The notes under the pieces: generated by a model
Seen by the model: the letters and a program-made list of their open reading frames with translations, nothing else
What the model was told of the DNA's origin: nothing
Databases searched by the model: none
NCBI GenBank assembly: GCA_965202645.1
Contig: OZ241840.1
Location: forward strand, 411,556 to 475,555
Length of the DNA: 64,000 bases
Reading direction: 5' to 3'
Origin: Bdellovibrionales bacterium
GTDB taxonomy: Bacteria > Bdellovibrionota > Bdellovibrionia > Bdellovibrionales > UBA1609
Program-made: the position numbers and the translations under genes
Shown: positions 31,050 through 42,049 of the stretch, piece after piece
Layout of the letters: each line of letters begins with the position of its first letter
Position numbering within the stretch: the stretch's first letter is position 1

Positions 31050-31318
31050 AATAGATCAAGAGATCTAGCTCAGCTTAAAAAATTATTCAGGGCATGTAAA
31101 ACAGCTATCGCTTAAAAGCGGCTGGCCATAATCGCTCAGCTTTTCATTTTAAATAGGCGCAATCAAGAGGCGCATTAAAATCCGCTTGCGCTCAATCCGC
31201 CGGTGCGCTAAAGCTAAGAGGAGGATGCGGAGCGGTAATAGGAGCTGGATAAATCTGTTTTTCCCGCAAAGGCAAAAAAAACTGTAAAGAGGCTGTAAAC
31301 CTATATAAGCCGTTTGAT

Positions 31319-31711
31319 TTGCCAATGAAAGCGCCAATGATTAAAAATAAAAAAACCTGTGATAGCCTTTCAATGCCGTTTAATTCGCCAATGAAAGCGC
31401 CAATGGCTAAAGTTTGTTTATCTTTGTCTGTTTTAGCCTTTATTTTTGGCTTTTCCTACTGGTATCCCCGCTGGCTGACCGGTTATTTTGGAGAAAACAG
31501 CCCTTGGGTCAGCTTTTTTTACACTTATGGGATGGGGCTTGTGTTTTTTATTCTCAGTCTGATTTGGATTTTTACCCGGCCCAAAATAAATTTTATGAGG
31601 CAAAAACAGGAGCTGTATTGGCTTCTGGCCATCAACTGCGGCCTCCTGTTTATGCTTTCCCTTCACGCGTTATGGATTTGGCGGGCCATCCATTTTCCTT
31701 TTAAAAATTAA
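31319..31711 (+). CDS. Small membrane protein upstream of the solute symporter (start uncertain)
   Basis: Three hydrophobic segments. Confidence 0.65.
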   Translation: MPMKAPMIKNKKTCDSLSMPFNSPMKAPMAKVCLSLSVLAFIFGFSYWYPRWLTGYFGENSPWVSFFYTYGMGLVFFILSLIWIFTRPKINFMRQKQELYWLLAINCGLLFMLSLHALWIWRAIHFPFKN

Positions 31712-31770
31712 GCCGGCGGCGCCATGAGATTTTGTCTTTTTTGTTTTATGCCGTTAAACAAGGGGGAATT

Positions 31771-33672
31771 ATGAGCTTTGGCGTGGAGCTTTCCGGTGTC
31801 ACATTGGCTGTAATTATATCCATTATCAGCTCTTATTTTATGATGGTGACCTTTTTTGGAGCTTACTTTGCAAAATTTAGCTCCAGCATCCATGACTTCT
31901 TTTTTAGCGGCCAGAGGTTTGCCTGGTGGCTTCCTTTTATCAGCATGATGGCGACAGGGATTGGGTCCTACAGCTATTTAAAGTATTCGGAGCAGGGCTT
32001 AAATACAGGGATGAACAGCGCCATGGGCTACATGAATGAGTGGTTTATCATCCCCTTATTCTTTTTTGGCTGGCTCCCTTTGATGTATTGGACCAGGACA
32101 AAATCCATTCCGCAGTATTTTGAAAAGCGCTTTAACCGAACCACCCGCTATATCACAGTGGGCATTTTGCTGGCTTATATCTTTTATTATATTGGCTATA
32201 ACCTCTTTACCATTGGCTTGGCCTTTGAGGGCATTTTTGGCTTTTCCCCCATCTGGACTTTGCCTTTAATTGTTTTGATATTGGGAACTTATGTGAGCTT
32301 AGGCGGGCAAACAGCTGTTATTTTTACAGACCTGGCTCAAGGCGTGATTCTTTATTTAGCCGGTTTTTTAGCCTTTGGCTATGGCTTATACGCTTTGGGC
32401 GGCTTTGGGGAGTTTTTTTCCCATCTCCCTTTGGAGCACCGCCTGCCCTTTGCCCCTTTAAGAGACAATCCTAAGTTTAACTCTGTCGGCATGTTTTGGG
32501 GGGACGCTTTGGCCGGAAGCATTGCCTTTTTATTTTTAAATCAGGGCTTTTTGATGAGATTTTTAAGCATTAGAAGCTTAAATGAGGCCCGTTTGGCCGG
32601 AATGGCCAATGTCCTCATCACTTTGCCTCTGTCCGCCCTTGTGGTAGGCTCTATTGGCTGGATTGGCAAATCCATTTTGCAAAAACAGGCCCTTTTAGGG
32701 GAGTCCCTTATTTCAGAGGGCGGGCCGCTGGCTGTTGAGGACAGCTATCATACTTTTGTCACTGTTGTGGGCTATGTTGTTCAAAGCAATCCTGTGGTTT
32801 TGGGCGTTATTTTATCGGCTCTTTTAGCCGCGCTGATGTCCACAATAGACACTTTAATCAACGCCGCCTCAGCTATATTTATTTATGATATTTACAAGCC
32901 TTTAATCCGAGCTGAGGCTGATGACAGGCATTATCTTAAGGCGGCTCGAGCGGCCTCTATTGCCGTGACTGTTTTTGGCTTATTGCTGGCCTCCTGGTTT
33001 TTCTTTCAAAAAGGAACATTGATGTCCATCCATTACAAAGGGATTATGGTTATTATTCCCTCTATAGTGACCACTCTTCTTTTAGGGATGCTGTGGAGCC
33101 GATTCAACTCTATAGCGGCCTCCTGCGCTTTGCTGGCCGGTGTGTCTCTGACTTTTATGACACTTAAGTTTCCGGAGTGGATTTATCCTCTAAGGGATTT
33201 TTTTTACGGCTCTCCATCAGGAGATCCCTTTTTGTTTCGCGCTTTGTTTGGGATGCTGGTTTCAGGGGCTGTGGGAATTGTGGTTTGCCTTTTGACCCGG
33301 CCGGCCCCTCAGGAAAAGATACAGGGCTGGACACTGGACAGCCTGGACAAAGCCATTTGGCTTTTTAAAGGAGGAAAGCCTAATTTTGAGCGGGGGAAAA
33401 AGGCAAAAAATTTAAAATTGGCCATAGACAACAGCCTTTCTAAAGGGCAAATCTCAGTATCTCAGGCTGTGTCCCGGCGGATGAAAGCGGGCGCCGGGGA
33501 TATTGTTTATGTGGGCGACAGGCGATGGCATTTGGGAGGGCTTCGCTCCGGGCATTTTCGCCTGGCCCCTTGCCACAGCAAAGGGGACAAGCTTTTGCTT
33601 ATTTCACAGGAGACTTTGGAAAAATCTTATCTTCTCTTTGATCGGCTGGTTTTTTCCAAAAAAATTATTTAG
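31771..33672 (+). CDS. Sodium:solute symporter (SSS) family protein
   Basis: DFFFSGQ, YFEKRF, GGQTAVIFTD, AALMSTID motifs and roughly 13 TM segments. Confidence 0.9.
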   Translation: MSFGVELSGVTLAVIISIISSYFMMVTFFGAYFAKFSSSIHDFFFSGQRFAWWLPFISMMATGIGSYSYLKYSEQGLNTGMNSAMGYMNEWFIIPLFFFGWLPLMYWTRTKSIPQYFEKRFNRTTRYITVGILLAYIFYYIGYNLFTIGLAFEGIFGFSPIWTLPLIVLILGTYVSLGGQTAVIFTDLAQGVILYLAGFLAFGYGLYALGGFGEFFSHLPLEHRLPFAPLRDNPKFNSVGMFWGDALAGSIAFLFLNQGFLMRFLSIRSLNEARLAGMANVLITLPLSALVVGSIGWIGKSILQKQALLGESLISEGGPLAVEDSYHTFVTVVGYVVQSNPVVLGVILSALLAALMSTIDTLINAASAIFIYDIYKPLIRAEADDRHYLKAARAASIAVTVFGLLLASWFFFQKGTLMSIHYKGIMVIIPSIVTTLLLGMLWSRFNSIAASCALLAGVSLTFMTLKFPEWIYPLRDFFYGSPSGDPFLFRALFGMLVSGAVGIVVCLLTRPAPQEKIQGWTLDSLDKAIWLFKGGKPNFERGKKAKNLKLAIDNSLSKGQISVSQAVSRRMKAGAGDIVYVGDRRWHLGGLRSGHFRLAPCHSKGDKLLLISQETLEKSYLLFDRLVFSKKII

Positions 33673-35392
33673 CTCTATCCATAAAATCTTCCGCTGTGTA
33701 AACTCGCCCGCCAACCCCCATAGCGGCCAGAGAGTCTTTGGAAACAGCTAAATTATATAATTTCGCAAAATCATCTGCGCTATATTTAGGGAAAACCATG
33801 GGGATTTCTATTTTTTTATCTAATCGATCCGCCAGCTGGGCCTGCAGATCAAAATTTAGAATGGCGGTTTGGGGTTGGACCGCTTTATTATTTTCCTTCA
33901 GAGCCTCCATCTCAGATATGGCCTCATTTACAGCCTCATTTGCTTTAGCGGCCAATTCCGCAAAATCCTCCGCCATTTGCTCTATTTGCCTCGCCTGCCG
34001 GGGCAAAGCCTCAGGGAATTTTATCAATTTTATGGCCACGGGCAATGTTTTCATAATGTCCGGCGGAATGATCTCCATTATCAGCCGTTTCAGCTGTTGC
34101 GGAGAGGCGGGATGATTCATATCAAACTCATGAGAGAGATAAAAAAGGATAACCTCGTAAATTTTCTTTTTTTGATCAGAGATCTTTTGCGCATTTTCCC
34201 TTAGATAATCATACAAAAGATTATTGATCAGTTTTTGCCGGATGGATAAAAGGGCGCCGCTTTCCGCATGATCAAAATCATGATCATAAAACCAAAGATC
34301 TAAGCTGGAATTAATGCTGGGCAGGAACATGTTATTCCGTGTGGCTTTATTGATGGTCATTATTCCCTGCTCGCCTTTCAGGCTGGGCAGGCCAATTATG
34401 TCAGGAAAAAATGGGATCTGATGATCAATTCGCCCAATGTCGTCTTTTATACTTTCAAATAAATGGCCATAGTCAGAAAAATTGGCGTTTGCAACGCGCA
34501 ATAATAAACGATTAAATTGCAGCCACCACTTATAGCTCACCTCCTTGTTTTTTACAGCTTGAGCGGCAAAATCCGCTAATTGGAATAAATTGTCTATTTG
34601 CTGATAGAAAACGCCATCTCTGCTATAGACAGACACCCGCTCGTCCGGCTCTAGCCTGAGCAGGGCGCTCCCGCGCAAAACATCCGGAAAGCGCGCCAGA
34701 TATAAATCTATGTCTTTTAGATAATAATCAGCCACCCGCTTTGCGCCCTCCAGGGGCATTCTCCATTCGCGCTCCCGCTCTAAAATTTTAAATTCCCGTC
34801 TGGGGATGACACCGGCGGAGATCTCCTCTTTGTCTGAGCCGCTCTTAAAATTCAATAGGATATGTTTTGGCTTTAGCTTTGACTCGCCCTTATTATCCCA
34901 AGACGCTATCAATTTATATCGCAAATAAGCGTATTTCAAATCCCATTCCCGCTCCGGGTATTGAGAGATAAAATCCTTGTATCCCTGAGTGGAGGTTAAA
35001 AAATCCAGCCTCTTTTTCTCCTCCTTATTTATAATTGGGTTAAGTCTTTTCATATTGAGAAGCCTGTTGTTAGTCCGCCCCAGCCTCCGCAGGGCAAATT
35101 GAATATGCTGGGGAATCCTTTCAGCAAATTGAGGAATATGCGTTTTGATGGGATCTGCTTTTTTCTCCCTTAACTCATTGGCCAAGGGGATCCAATCTTG
35201 CTCTAACTCATCCAGGCCATGAGTCCACTTGGAGTCAAAACCCTCTCGCTCCAGCTTTTTCTCGCTGGAAACAGCTTTATGAACAGCCCTTTGGCAGGCT
35301 TTAGAGCGGCTGGCTTGCTTTAAATTTTCTCCCCAACCGGAAGGGCTAAAAAAACAAAAGCTCAGCCATACACATAACAAATATCCCGCCAT
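33665..35392 (-). CDS. Secreted hypothetical protein, paralog of 37086-38951
   Basis: Likely start MAGYLLCVW. Shares SRSKACQRAVH, WTHGLDELEQDWIPLA, PSLKGEQGIMTINKA and EALPRQARQIEQMAEDFA blocks with the paralog. Confidence 0.8.
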   Translation of the reverse strand: MAGYLLCVWLSFCFFSPSGWGENLKQASRSKACQRAVHKAVSSEKKLEREGFDSKWTHGLDELEQDWIPLANELREKKADPIKTHIPQFAERIPQHIQFALRRLGRTNNRLLNMKRLNPIINKEEKKRLDFLTSTQGYKDFISQYPEREWDLKYAYLRYKLIASWDNKGESKLKPKHILLNFKSGSDKEEISAGVIPRREFKILEREREWRMPLEGAKRVADYYLKDIDLYLARFPDVLRGSALLRLEPDERVSVYSRDGVFYQQIDNLFQLADFAAQAVKNKEVSYKWWLQFNRLLLRVANANFSDYGHLFESIKDDIGRIDHQIPFFPDIIGLPSLKGEQGIMTINKATRNNMFLPSINSSLDLWFYDHDFDHAESGALLSIRQKLINNLLYDYLRENAQKISDQKKKIYEVILFYLSHEFDMNHPASPQQLKRLIMEIIPPDIMKTLPVAIKLIKFPEALPRQARQIEQMAEDFAELAAKANEAVNEAISEMEALKENNKAVQPQTAILNFDLQAQLADRLDKKIEIPMVFPKYSADDFAKLYNLAVSKDSLAAMGVGGRVYTAEDFMDRAK

Positions 35393-36060
35393 TTTTTGCC
35401 CCCATTTTAAAAAAGGCTCATGACAACTTAAGCTCTGTTTGATAGATGTTAAGTTTTTTAAATAACTGTAAAAAACCGCTCCTCTATATTTTTCGCCAAG
35501 CCAACAGCTTGTTTTTAAAGATAATCCGCTCGCCTCACACAGCCTTTTTAAATCCCGGAGGCGCTTCGCTGAATGAGTGGGCCGGAAAACTTCTGTCCAG
35601 CCAATAAGGCTCAGTTTAAAAATGGAGGATTCTCTTAAAAAATCACATCCCATTAGAGTTTTAGACATATCATTTTTTAGGCAAAAACTCAATAAAATTC
35701 AAAATTATTTTGATATATTGTAAAAATTCCCGATCCCTCTAAAAGAATATTTCAAGCCATGCGCAATAAGCCAGTTAAAATAATACCCGTTTTTTGCGTT
35801 GCTTTTGTCCGCTATTTATTGCAGTATAAAAATAGCCGGAGGTTAAAGTTTAAAATGACACGCAAGTTGGGCTGGTCATTTATTTATTGCAGTATAAAAA
35901 TAGCCGGAGGTTAAAGAGCAATGCAGCAGAATCTTTCTCTTTTTTTAGGATGGGCAGGCAAACTTTTGGCTTGCGGGCGATTTTCTATTGATTTTCCACA
36001 GGGGCAAAGGCTGTGAAATCTTAAAACTAGGCTGGCATATATGCGAAAGCGCAGGGAGAA

Positions 36061-36972
36061 TTGGCAATGATTTTTAAACAAATATCAGCTCAGGAAAAGC
36101 GAAAAAAGCTGAAAAGCCGGATACAATCCTCATGCCTTCGCTTTGTGGGAAGCTTTTCCCCTTTGGTTTCCCGTTTGATTGAGCAAAAAGGCTTTGATGG
36201 AATTTATATCTCCGGAGCGGTAATGTCCAGCTTTCGGGGCTGGCCGGATATAGGCTTAACCTCTTTGACGGAAGCTCTGGAGTTTGCGGATCTTGTGACT
36301 CAAAACTCGTGTCTTCCCTCGCTTATGGACGCGGACACCGGTTTTGGCGGAGCTGTCCATTGCGCCCGCTCTGTTTATGAGTTGGAGAGGAGGGGATTTT
36401 CCGGTTGTCATATAGAGGATCAAAGCTTCCCTAAGCGCTGCGGCCATTTGGATCAAAAAAAGCTGATATCTGTTGAGGAGATGATTTTAAAAATTCAATC
36501 CGCTGTCCGAGCCAGAAAGGATAAAAATTTTTTAATTGTCGCCCGGACAGACGCCAGAGGGGTTAATGGCCTGCCGGCCGCTTGGGAGAGAGCTAAAGCC
36601 TATGTGTCCGCCGGAGCGGATATGATTTTTCCGGAAGCTTTGCAATCTGTCTCTGAGTTTGAAAAATTCCGCTCACAAATTTCAGCTCCTCTTATAGCTA
36701 ATATGACGGAGTTTGGAAAGACCGATATCATCCCCTATAAAACTTTTAAGAGCATGGCCTATAATATTGTGATATATCCTGTCACTGTGTGGAGGCTGGC
36801 TCTGAAAGCTGTGGATGAGGGATTGAATATCCTGTCGGAGGATCGCCAGGCGGATCTTCCGCCTCAAATGCAGACCAGAGAGGAGCTTTACAGGCTTTTG
36901 GAATATGAGAAATACAACAAGTTTGATAAGGAGCTTTTTAATTTCTCTCTCCCGGAGGAAGACTCCCCTTAA
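36061..36972 (+). CDS. prpB: 2-methylisocitrate lyase
   Basis: DADTGFG, IEDQSFPKRCGH, ARTDAR, ANMTEFGK. Confidence 0.95.
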   Translation: MAMIFKQISAQEKRKKLKSRIQSSCLRFVGSFSPLVSRLIEQKGFDGIYISGAVMSSFRGWPDIGLTSLTEALEFADLVTQNSCLPSLMDADTGFGGAVHCARSVYELERRGFSGCHIEDQSFPKRCGHLDQKKLISVEEMILKIQSAVRARKDKNFLIVARTDARGVNGLPAAWERAKAYVSAGADMIFPEALQSVSEFEKFRSQISAPLIANMTEFGKTDIIPYKTFKSMAYNIVIYPVTVWRLALKAVDEGLNILSEDRQADLPPQMQTREELYRLLEYEKYNKFDKELFNFSLPEEDSP

Positions 36973-37085
36973 AGCCTGAGCTTATTTAAAGTCTTGCGGA
37001 AGCGCTGATTTAAACAGCTCATTAAAAAATCATGAAATCTTGAGTTTGTCCAGCCTCATCGGCATAAAAATAGAGAGAGCGAAAA

Positions 37086-38951
37086 ATGAAGAGATATTTG
37101 TTGTGGCTGAGCTTTTGTTTTTTTAGCCATTTGTCTTTAGGGGAAAGTTTAGAGGCCCTCAGCCGCTCTAAAGCCTGCCAAAGGGCTGTCCATAGCGCCG
37201 TTTCCAGCGAGAAAATGTTGCGGCGGAAAGGATTTGACTCAGTATGGACTCATGGTCTGGATGAGTTAGAGCAAGACTGGATTCCCTTAGCTCAGGAGCT
37301 GCGAGAGAGCAAAGCGGAGGCCATCAAAACACATATTCCTCAATTTGCTGAAAGGATTCCTCAACATATTGAATTTATGGCAAAACAATTAGGGCTGGAT
37401 AAAAAACTTAAGCGAATAAAGAGGCGAAAAAGCCAATCCCTGGAGCGGGACAGGGCCTTGTTGAGCCAGCTGGCCAATCAAAAGGGATACATAGATTTTA
37501 TCGCTCAATATCCCGATCAGGAATGGGATTTGAAATTTGCTTATTTGCGATATAAAGAGCGGGCGGATCAGAGGGAGCGGGCGCCGCCTCTAAAAATAAG
37601 CGAATCCGAGTTATTTCCATCTGATGATGTTTTTGGGGAGTATGCTGAGCTAATGCCAACAATTACAGCGGATAGCTTATTTGATTTTATGTTTGCCTCT
37701 GCGGAAAGCTTAAACTCAGCGGGGCTGGATGATCATCCGGCGAATATTTTTAAAGATCTGGAGCGGAAAGGCCAATGGACAGTTTCCCTGAAAGATGTAA
37801 AGTCCGCTATTGATTATTACAGGGAAGACTCAGACAGTGAGGTTTTAGATATTGTGTCTGGATCCGAGTCATCAGGCTTGGCCCGAATACTGCTGTTGGA
37901 CAAAAAAGAAGACATCGCTTTCCCATTGGTTTTGAGAGATTTTTTTGATCCGGCGGGGCCAAAATCCAAGCAGCCGCTAAAAAATTTAATCCGCTTAGCG
38001 GATGGCGCCGCGAAAGCTGTTAAAAATAAAGAGGTGAGCTATAGGTGGTGGCTGAGCTTTAATCATCTCCTTTTGCTTGCGATGAAGGGTTATTTCTCCC
38101 TACAGGATATAAAAGACAGCAATTCTTGGGTTGATTTTTGGATTCCTTTGTTTCCCGATATAATTTTAATGCCCAGCCTGAAAGGCGAGCAGGGGATAAT
38201 GACCATCAACAAAGCCGCCCGGCAGGACATATTTCTGCCTAGTTTTATGAAGTATGGCCCATACGCGCTGGGATTTTATGCTCATGATTTAAGCCATGCG
38301 AGATTAATCATTGATATTTCCCGCGAGCAAAATTTGCTCAATAAATTGTTTTATGATTATCTGACAAAAAATTCAGCTCAGCTCTCTGATCAAAAAAGGA
38401 AAATTTATGAGACGCTTTACTTTTATTTGACTTACGAGGCGCCATCTAATTGGGCGTTTAAAACTCCACAAGAGCTGAAATTAAAAATCATGCGAATGAT
38501 TTTGCCGGATATTTTATCAAAAGAGCTGTCCACTATAAAATGGATAGCGCTCTCTGAGGCTTTGCCCCGGCAGGCGAGGCAAATAGAGCAAATGGCGGAG
38601 GATTTTGCCGGACTGTTGGCCGCAATAAATAAGGGGCTTAAAATTTCGCCTTCAGCTCAAATACAGAAGGCGGAAACAGCCGTCCAGCCAGCAGCGCGGG
38701 GGCAAAAATCAAAGCATGCGGACACAGCAGAACAGAGAGAACAGCCGGCCGGCGGGCATAACGGGGATTTTGCCGAGGCGGCGAACTTTAAAAAAGATGA
38801 TAAAACAATAAAGCTTCCGCCGTCCATTCTTGTTTTTTCCAAGTATAGCGAGAGGGATTTTGCGGAGTTATATAATTTAGCCGCCGCAAATGGCCAACAA
38901 ACTGATGGCCCATTTAAGGCAAAGGATTTTGCCCTGTATCCGGACTGGTAA
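37086..38951 (+). CDS. Secreted hypothetical protein, paralog of 33665-35392
   Basis: Same conserved blocks as the paralog. HDxxH motif (FYAHDLSH). Confidence 0.8.
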   Translation: MKRYLLWLSFCFFSHLSLGESLEALSRSKACQRAVHSAVSSEKMLRRKGFDSVWTHGLDELEQDWIPLAQELRESKAEAIKTHIPQFAERIPQHIEFMAKQLGLDKKLKRIKRRKSQSLERDRALLSQLANQKGYIDFIAQYPDQEWDLKFAYLRYKERADQRERAPPLKISESELFPSDDVFGEYAELMPTITADSLFDFMFASAESLNSAGLDDHPANIFKDLERKGQWTVSLKDVKSAIDYYREDSDSEVLDIVSGSESSGLARILLLDKKEDIAFPLVLRDFFDPAGPKSKQPLKNLIRLADGAAKAVKNKEVSYRWWLSFNHLLLLAMKGYFSLQDIKDSNSWVDFWIPLFPDIILMPSLKGEQGIMTINKAARQDIFLPSFMKYGPYALGFYAHDLSHARLIIDISREQNLLNKLFYDYLTKNSAQLSDQKRKIYETLYFYLTYEAPSNWAFKTPQELKLKIMRMILPDILSKELSTIKWIALSEALPRQARQIEQMAEDFAGLLAAINKGLKISPSAQIQKAETAVQPAARGQKSKHADTAEQREQPAGGHNGDFAEAANFKKDDKTIKLPPSILVFSKYSERDFAELYNLAAANGQQTDGPFKAKDFALYPDW

Positions 38952-39157
38952 AATATGGCTCAAAACATTTTAAGCCTTATGACAGCCTTTTAATCGGCTT
39001 ATTTATAGCGGAGAATTTTACCGGATGACAGGGCTGGCGCTCCCGGCGGGTTAAAAAATATTAAGAATTTCCCGCTATTTGCATTCAGATGAAATATAAG
39101 TTTGAAACGGCCTCTTGATTTGTGTAATGTAAAAGCCGAGAATATAAAAATAAGAGG

Positions 39158-40264
39158 ATGAATATGCGTCAGGCTGTTAAGGGGCTGGAAGGCCTTGTTG
39201 TGGATGAGACAAAAATCTCCCAAGTCATACCGGAGCAAAGCGAGCTGTTATATAGGGGCTACCCTGTGGCGGAGCTGGCTGAAAAGCGCTCTTTTGAGGA
39301 TGTGGCTTATCTTTTATGGGAGGGGAATCTGGCCTCAGATCGGGAGATAGAGAATTTTAAAAAAGAGGAGAGGGAAAGCCGCCCCCTGCTGGATCGGGGC
39401 TGGATAAGCCTTTTAGAGCTTTTAAAAGATTCTCATCCTATGGACGCCCTTCGGACTCTTATAAGCTTTCAGGGCGCAAAAGCCGGCGCCTGGGACACAA
39501 ACCGCAAAGAGAAAAGGGGGAAAGCCTTAAAATTTTTAGCCTCAGCGCCTGTTTTTGTGTCCGCTCATTTTCGCTTGAGAAAAGGATTAAAGCCTGTCCC
39601 TCCAGATGGCCGGCTCTCTTTTTCTGAGAATTTTTTAAAAATGTGTTTTGACACTCCCCCCTCAAAGGAGCTGGTCCGGCTGTTTGATCAAACCATGATT
39701 TTATACGCTGAGCATGGCTTTAACGTCTCCACATTTTCCGCCCGCGTGATCGTCTCTACAAACTCTGATATGGCCAGCGCTGTCACAGGGGCCATAGGCG
39801 CTTTAAAGGGGCCTTTGCATGGGGGGGCTAATGAGAAAGTCATGGGGATGATGAAAGAGATTGAGCATCCTAAACACGCGGAGGAGTATCTTTTAAAAGC
39901 TTTAAAAGCCAAGCAAAAAATTATGGGCTTTGGCCATCGGGTTTATAAAAAGCAAGATTCCCGCGTTCCGGCTATGGAGATCTGCGCGAGAAGGCTTGGC
40001 GAGATGAAAAATGAGCGGGTATGGATGGAAATTTATGATATTTTAACAGCCGCTATGATAAGGGAAAAGGGCATTTATCCCAACTTAGACCTTCCCGCCG
40101 GGCCGGCTTATTATCTTATGGGCTTTGATATTGATATGTTCACTTCTTTATTTGTCATGAGCCGAATGGCCGGCTGGACCGCCCACATCATGGAGCAGGG
40201 GGAAAATAACCGAATTATCCGCCCGCTTAGCGAATACACAGGAGTTGAAAAGAGGCATCTTTAA
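39158..40264 (+). CDS. prpC: 2-methylcitrate/citrate synthase
   Basis: LLYRGY, YAEHGFNVSTF, GPLHGGAN, GFGHRVYK, YPNLD. Close to prpB. Confidence 0.88.
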   Translation: MNMRQAVKGLEGLVVDETKISQVIPEQSELLYRGYPVAELAEKRSFEDVAYLLWEGNLASDREIENFKKEERESRPLLDRGWISLLELLKDSHPMDALRTLISFQGAKAGAWDTNRKEKRGKALKFLASAPVFVSAHFRLRKGLKPVPPDGRLSFSENFLKMCFDTPPSKELVRLFDQTMILYAEHGFNVSTFSARVIVSTNSDMASAVTGAIGALKGPLHGGANEKVMGMMKEIEHPKHAEEYLLKALKAKQKIMGFGHRVYKKQDSRVPAMEICARRLGEMKNERVWMEIYDILTAAMIREKGIYPNLDLPAGPAYYLMGFDIDMFTSLFVMSRMAGWTAHIMEQGENNRIIRPLSEYTGVEKRHL

Positions 40265-40368
40265 AACAAGCGCTGGGAATGAGCGAGCCTGGGCGGAGCT
40301 TAAAAAACAAGCGCTGGGAATGAGCGAGCCTCTGGGCGGAGCTTAAAAATTAAACTGAGCCTTTATTT

Positions 40369-40584
40369 AGGAATTATATGCCTAACACAGCAAAAAACCT
40401 GTGATAGCCTTTAAATATAAGGCTTATAGGATGTTTTAATGATTTCGCTCAAACAGCGTGCGCAAAATATTGAATTTAATAAAAAAACAGATGGTTAATA
40501 ATATAAAGTTTTGATTTTGCTTAACTTTTTCCGGGCATAAACCGCTCAGGGCTTAAAAAATGCTGTGTCAGATATATAATTCCC
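40369..40584. mobile_element. 216-bp MITE, copy 1, 8-bp TSD CTTTATTT
   Basis: Imperfect TIRs of about 24 bp (AGGAATTATATGCCTAACACAGCA / TGCTGTGTCAGATATATAATTCCC). TSD at 40361-40368 and 40585-40592. Confidence 0.88.
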
Positions 40585-40616
40585 CTTTATTTGCGGCCTG
40601 AAACATTCTTTTTTAA

Positions 40617-41720
40617 ATGGATTTGTCAGCTTATAGAAGGAAAAATCCATTTTTTTTGGCCCCTATGGCCGGTGTGACCGATAAGCCTTTCCGCTCTTTT
40701 ATGAGGGAAATGGGCTGTGGGATTATCACTTCAGAGCTGGTTTCCGCAAGAGCTCTTCAAGATGGCAATCTAAAGACCTATCAGCTCATGGAGTTTAGCG
40801 GGGATCAAAGGCCTTATGGGATTCAAATTTTTGGAGAGGATCCTTATTCTCTTGGCGAAGGGGCTAAAAGGGCGGAGAATTTTGGGGCTGATTTTATAGA
40901 TTTAAACCTCGGCTGTCCGGTCAATAAAATTGTAAAAAAGGGCGCTGGATCCGCGCTTTTAAAGGATCTAAAGGCGCTGTCCAAAATCCTGCGCTCTTTA
41001 AGGGCGAGCGCCAGCCTCCCGCTCTCTTTAAAAATCAGAACAGGCTGGGATGAAAGCAGGCGCAACGCCGGCCAAGTGGCCCAAATGGCCTTTGAGGAGG
41101 GCTTTTCCTGGATAAGCGTTCATGGGCGAACAAGATCTCAAGCTTATTCCGGGCGGGCGGATTGGAGCTATATTCAAAAGGTTAAATCTCTGTCCTCTAT
41201 TCCCGTTATTGGAAATGGCGATCTCATTTCCGGTCCCCAAGCCTTTGAGGCTTTAAGGCTCAGCGGATGTGATGGGGTTATGATTGGAAGAGGCTGTTTA
41301 AACGATCCTTGGATTTTTATGGAGGCTTTGGATTGCCTTAAAAAATATCAGAGAGAAAAAAGCGGGGCGGAGGAAAACAATTTGACAGAGGCCGGCCAGT
41401 TAAAAGCGCTTGAGCAAAAGAGGGGGCAAAGGGGCCCTGGCGCTCCCGGCCTTAAAAAGGATTTTAAATCGGCCATAGATAAGCTAAGAATCCACTTGGA
41501 AAATTTTTATGATGAGCGCCTGTTTTTATTGCAGTTAAAAAAATTTTCCTCTTGGCTCTCCTCCGGCTTTCCTCATTCTGGAGAGTTTCGAAAAGCTCTG
41601 TTTCAGGAGCAAGACCGGAAGGCCCTTATTCAGAAAATTGATGAGTTTTTTTCGCAATCTCAAGATTATGAAAAGCCGGCGCCCGAGTTCGAGCCTTTTT
41701 TAATGAGAGGGCATGGCTAA
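40617..41720 (+). CDS. dusB: tRNA-dihydrouridine synthase
   Basis: LAPMAGVTD, IDLNLGCP, KIRTGW, VHGRTR, GNGD, VMIGRG. Confidence 0.92.
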   Translation: MDLSAYRRKNPFFLAPMAGVTDKPFRSFMREMGCGIITSELVSARALQDGNLKTYQLMEFSGDQRPYGIQIFGEDPYSLGEGAKRAENFGADFIDLNLGCPVNKIVKKGAGSALLKDLKALSKILRSLRASASLPLSLKIRTGWDESRRNAGQVAQMAFEEGFSWISVHGRTRSQAYSGRADWSYIQKVKSLSSIPVIGNGDLISGPQAFEALRLSGCDGVMIGRGCLNDPWIFMEALDCLKKYQREKSGAEENNLTEAGQLKALEQKRGQRGPGAPGLKKDFKSAIDKLRIHLENFYDERLFLLQLKKFSSWLSSGFPHSGEFRKALFQEQDRKALIQKIDEFFSQSQDYEKPAPEFEPFLMRGHG

Positions 41721-41833
41721 TTGTTTGGATGGAACAAACTCTGGCCTATATAAAGGCCCTGCTTCTTTTTAGCTCATTACAGCTTAAAATTGCTGAGCTT
41801 CGACAGATGGCAGAGCTAAAAAAGCAAAAAAAT

Positions 41834-42049
41834 GGGAATTATATGCTTAACGTCGCATAAAACCTGTGATGGCCTTTAAATGTAAGGCTTACAGGAGGTT
41901 TTAATGATTTAGCGCTAAAAGCGTGCATAAAACATTGAATTTAATAAGAAAACAGATAGTTAATAATATAAATTATTGATTTTGCTTAACTTTTGCCGTG
42001 CATAAACCGTTCAGGGTTTTACAAATGCGGTGTCAAATATATAATTTCC
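41834..42049. mobile_element. 216-bp MITE, copy 2, 8-bp TSD AAAAAAAT
   Basis: GGGAATTATATGCTTAAC...GTCAAATATATAATTTCC. TSD at 41826-41833 and 42050-42057. Confidence 0.88.
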
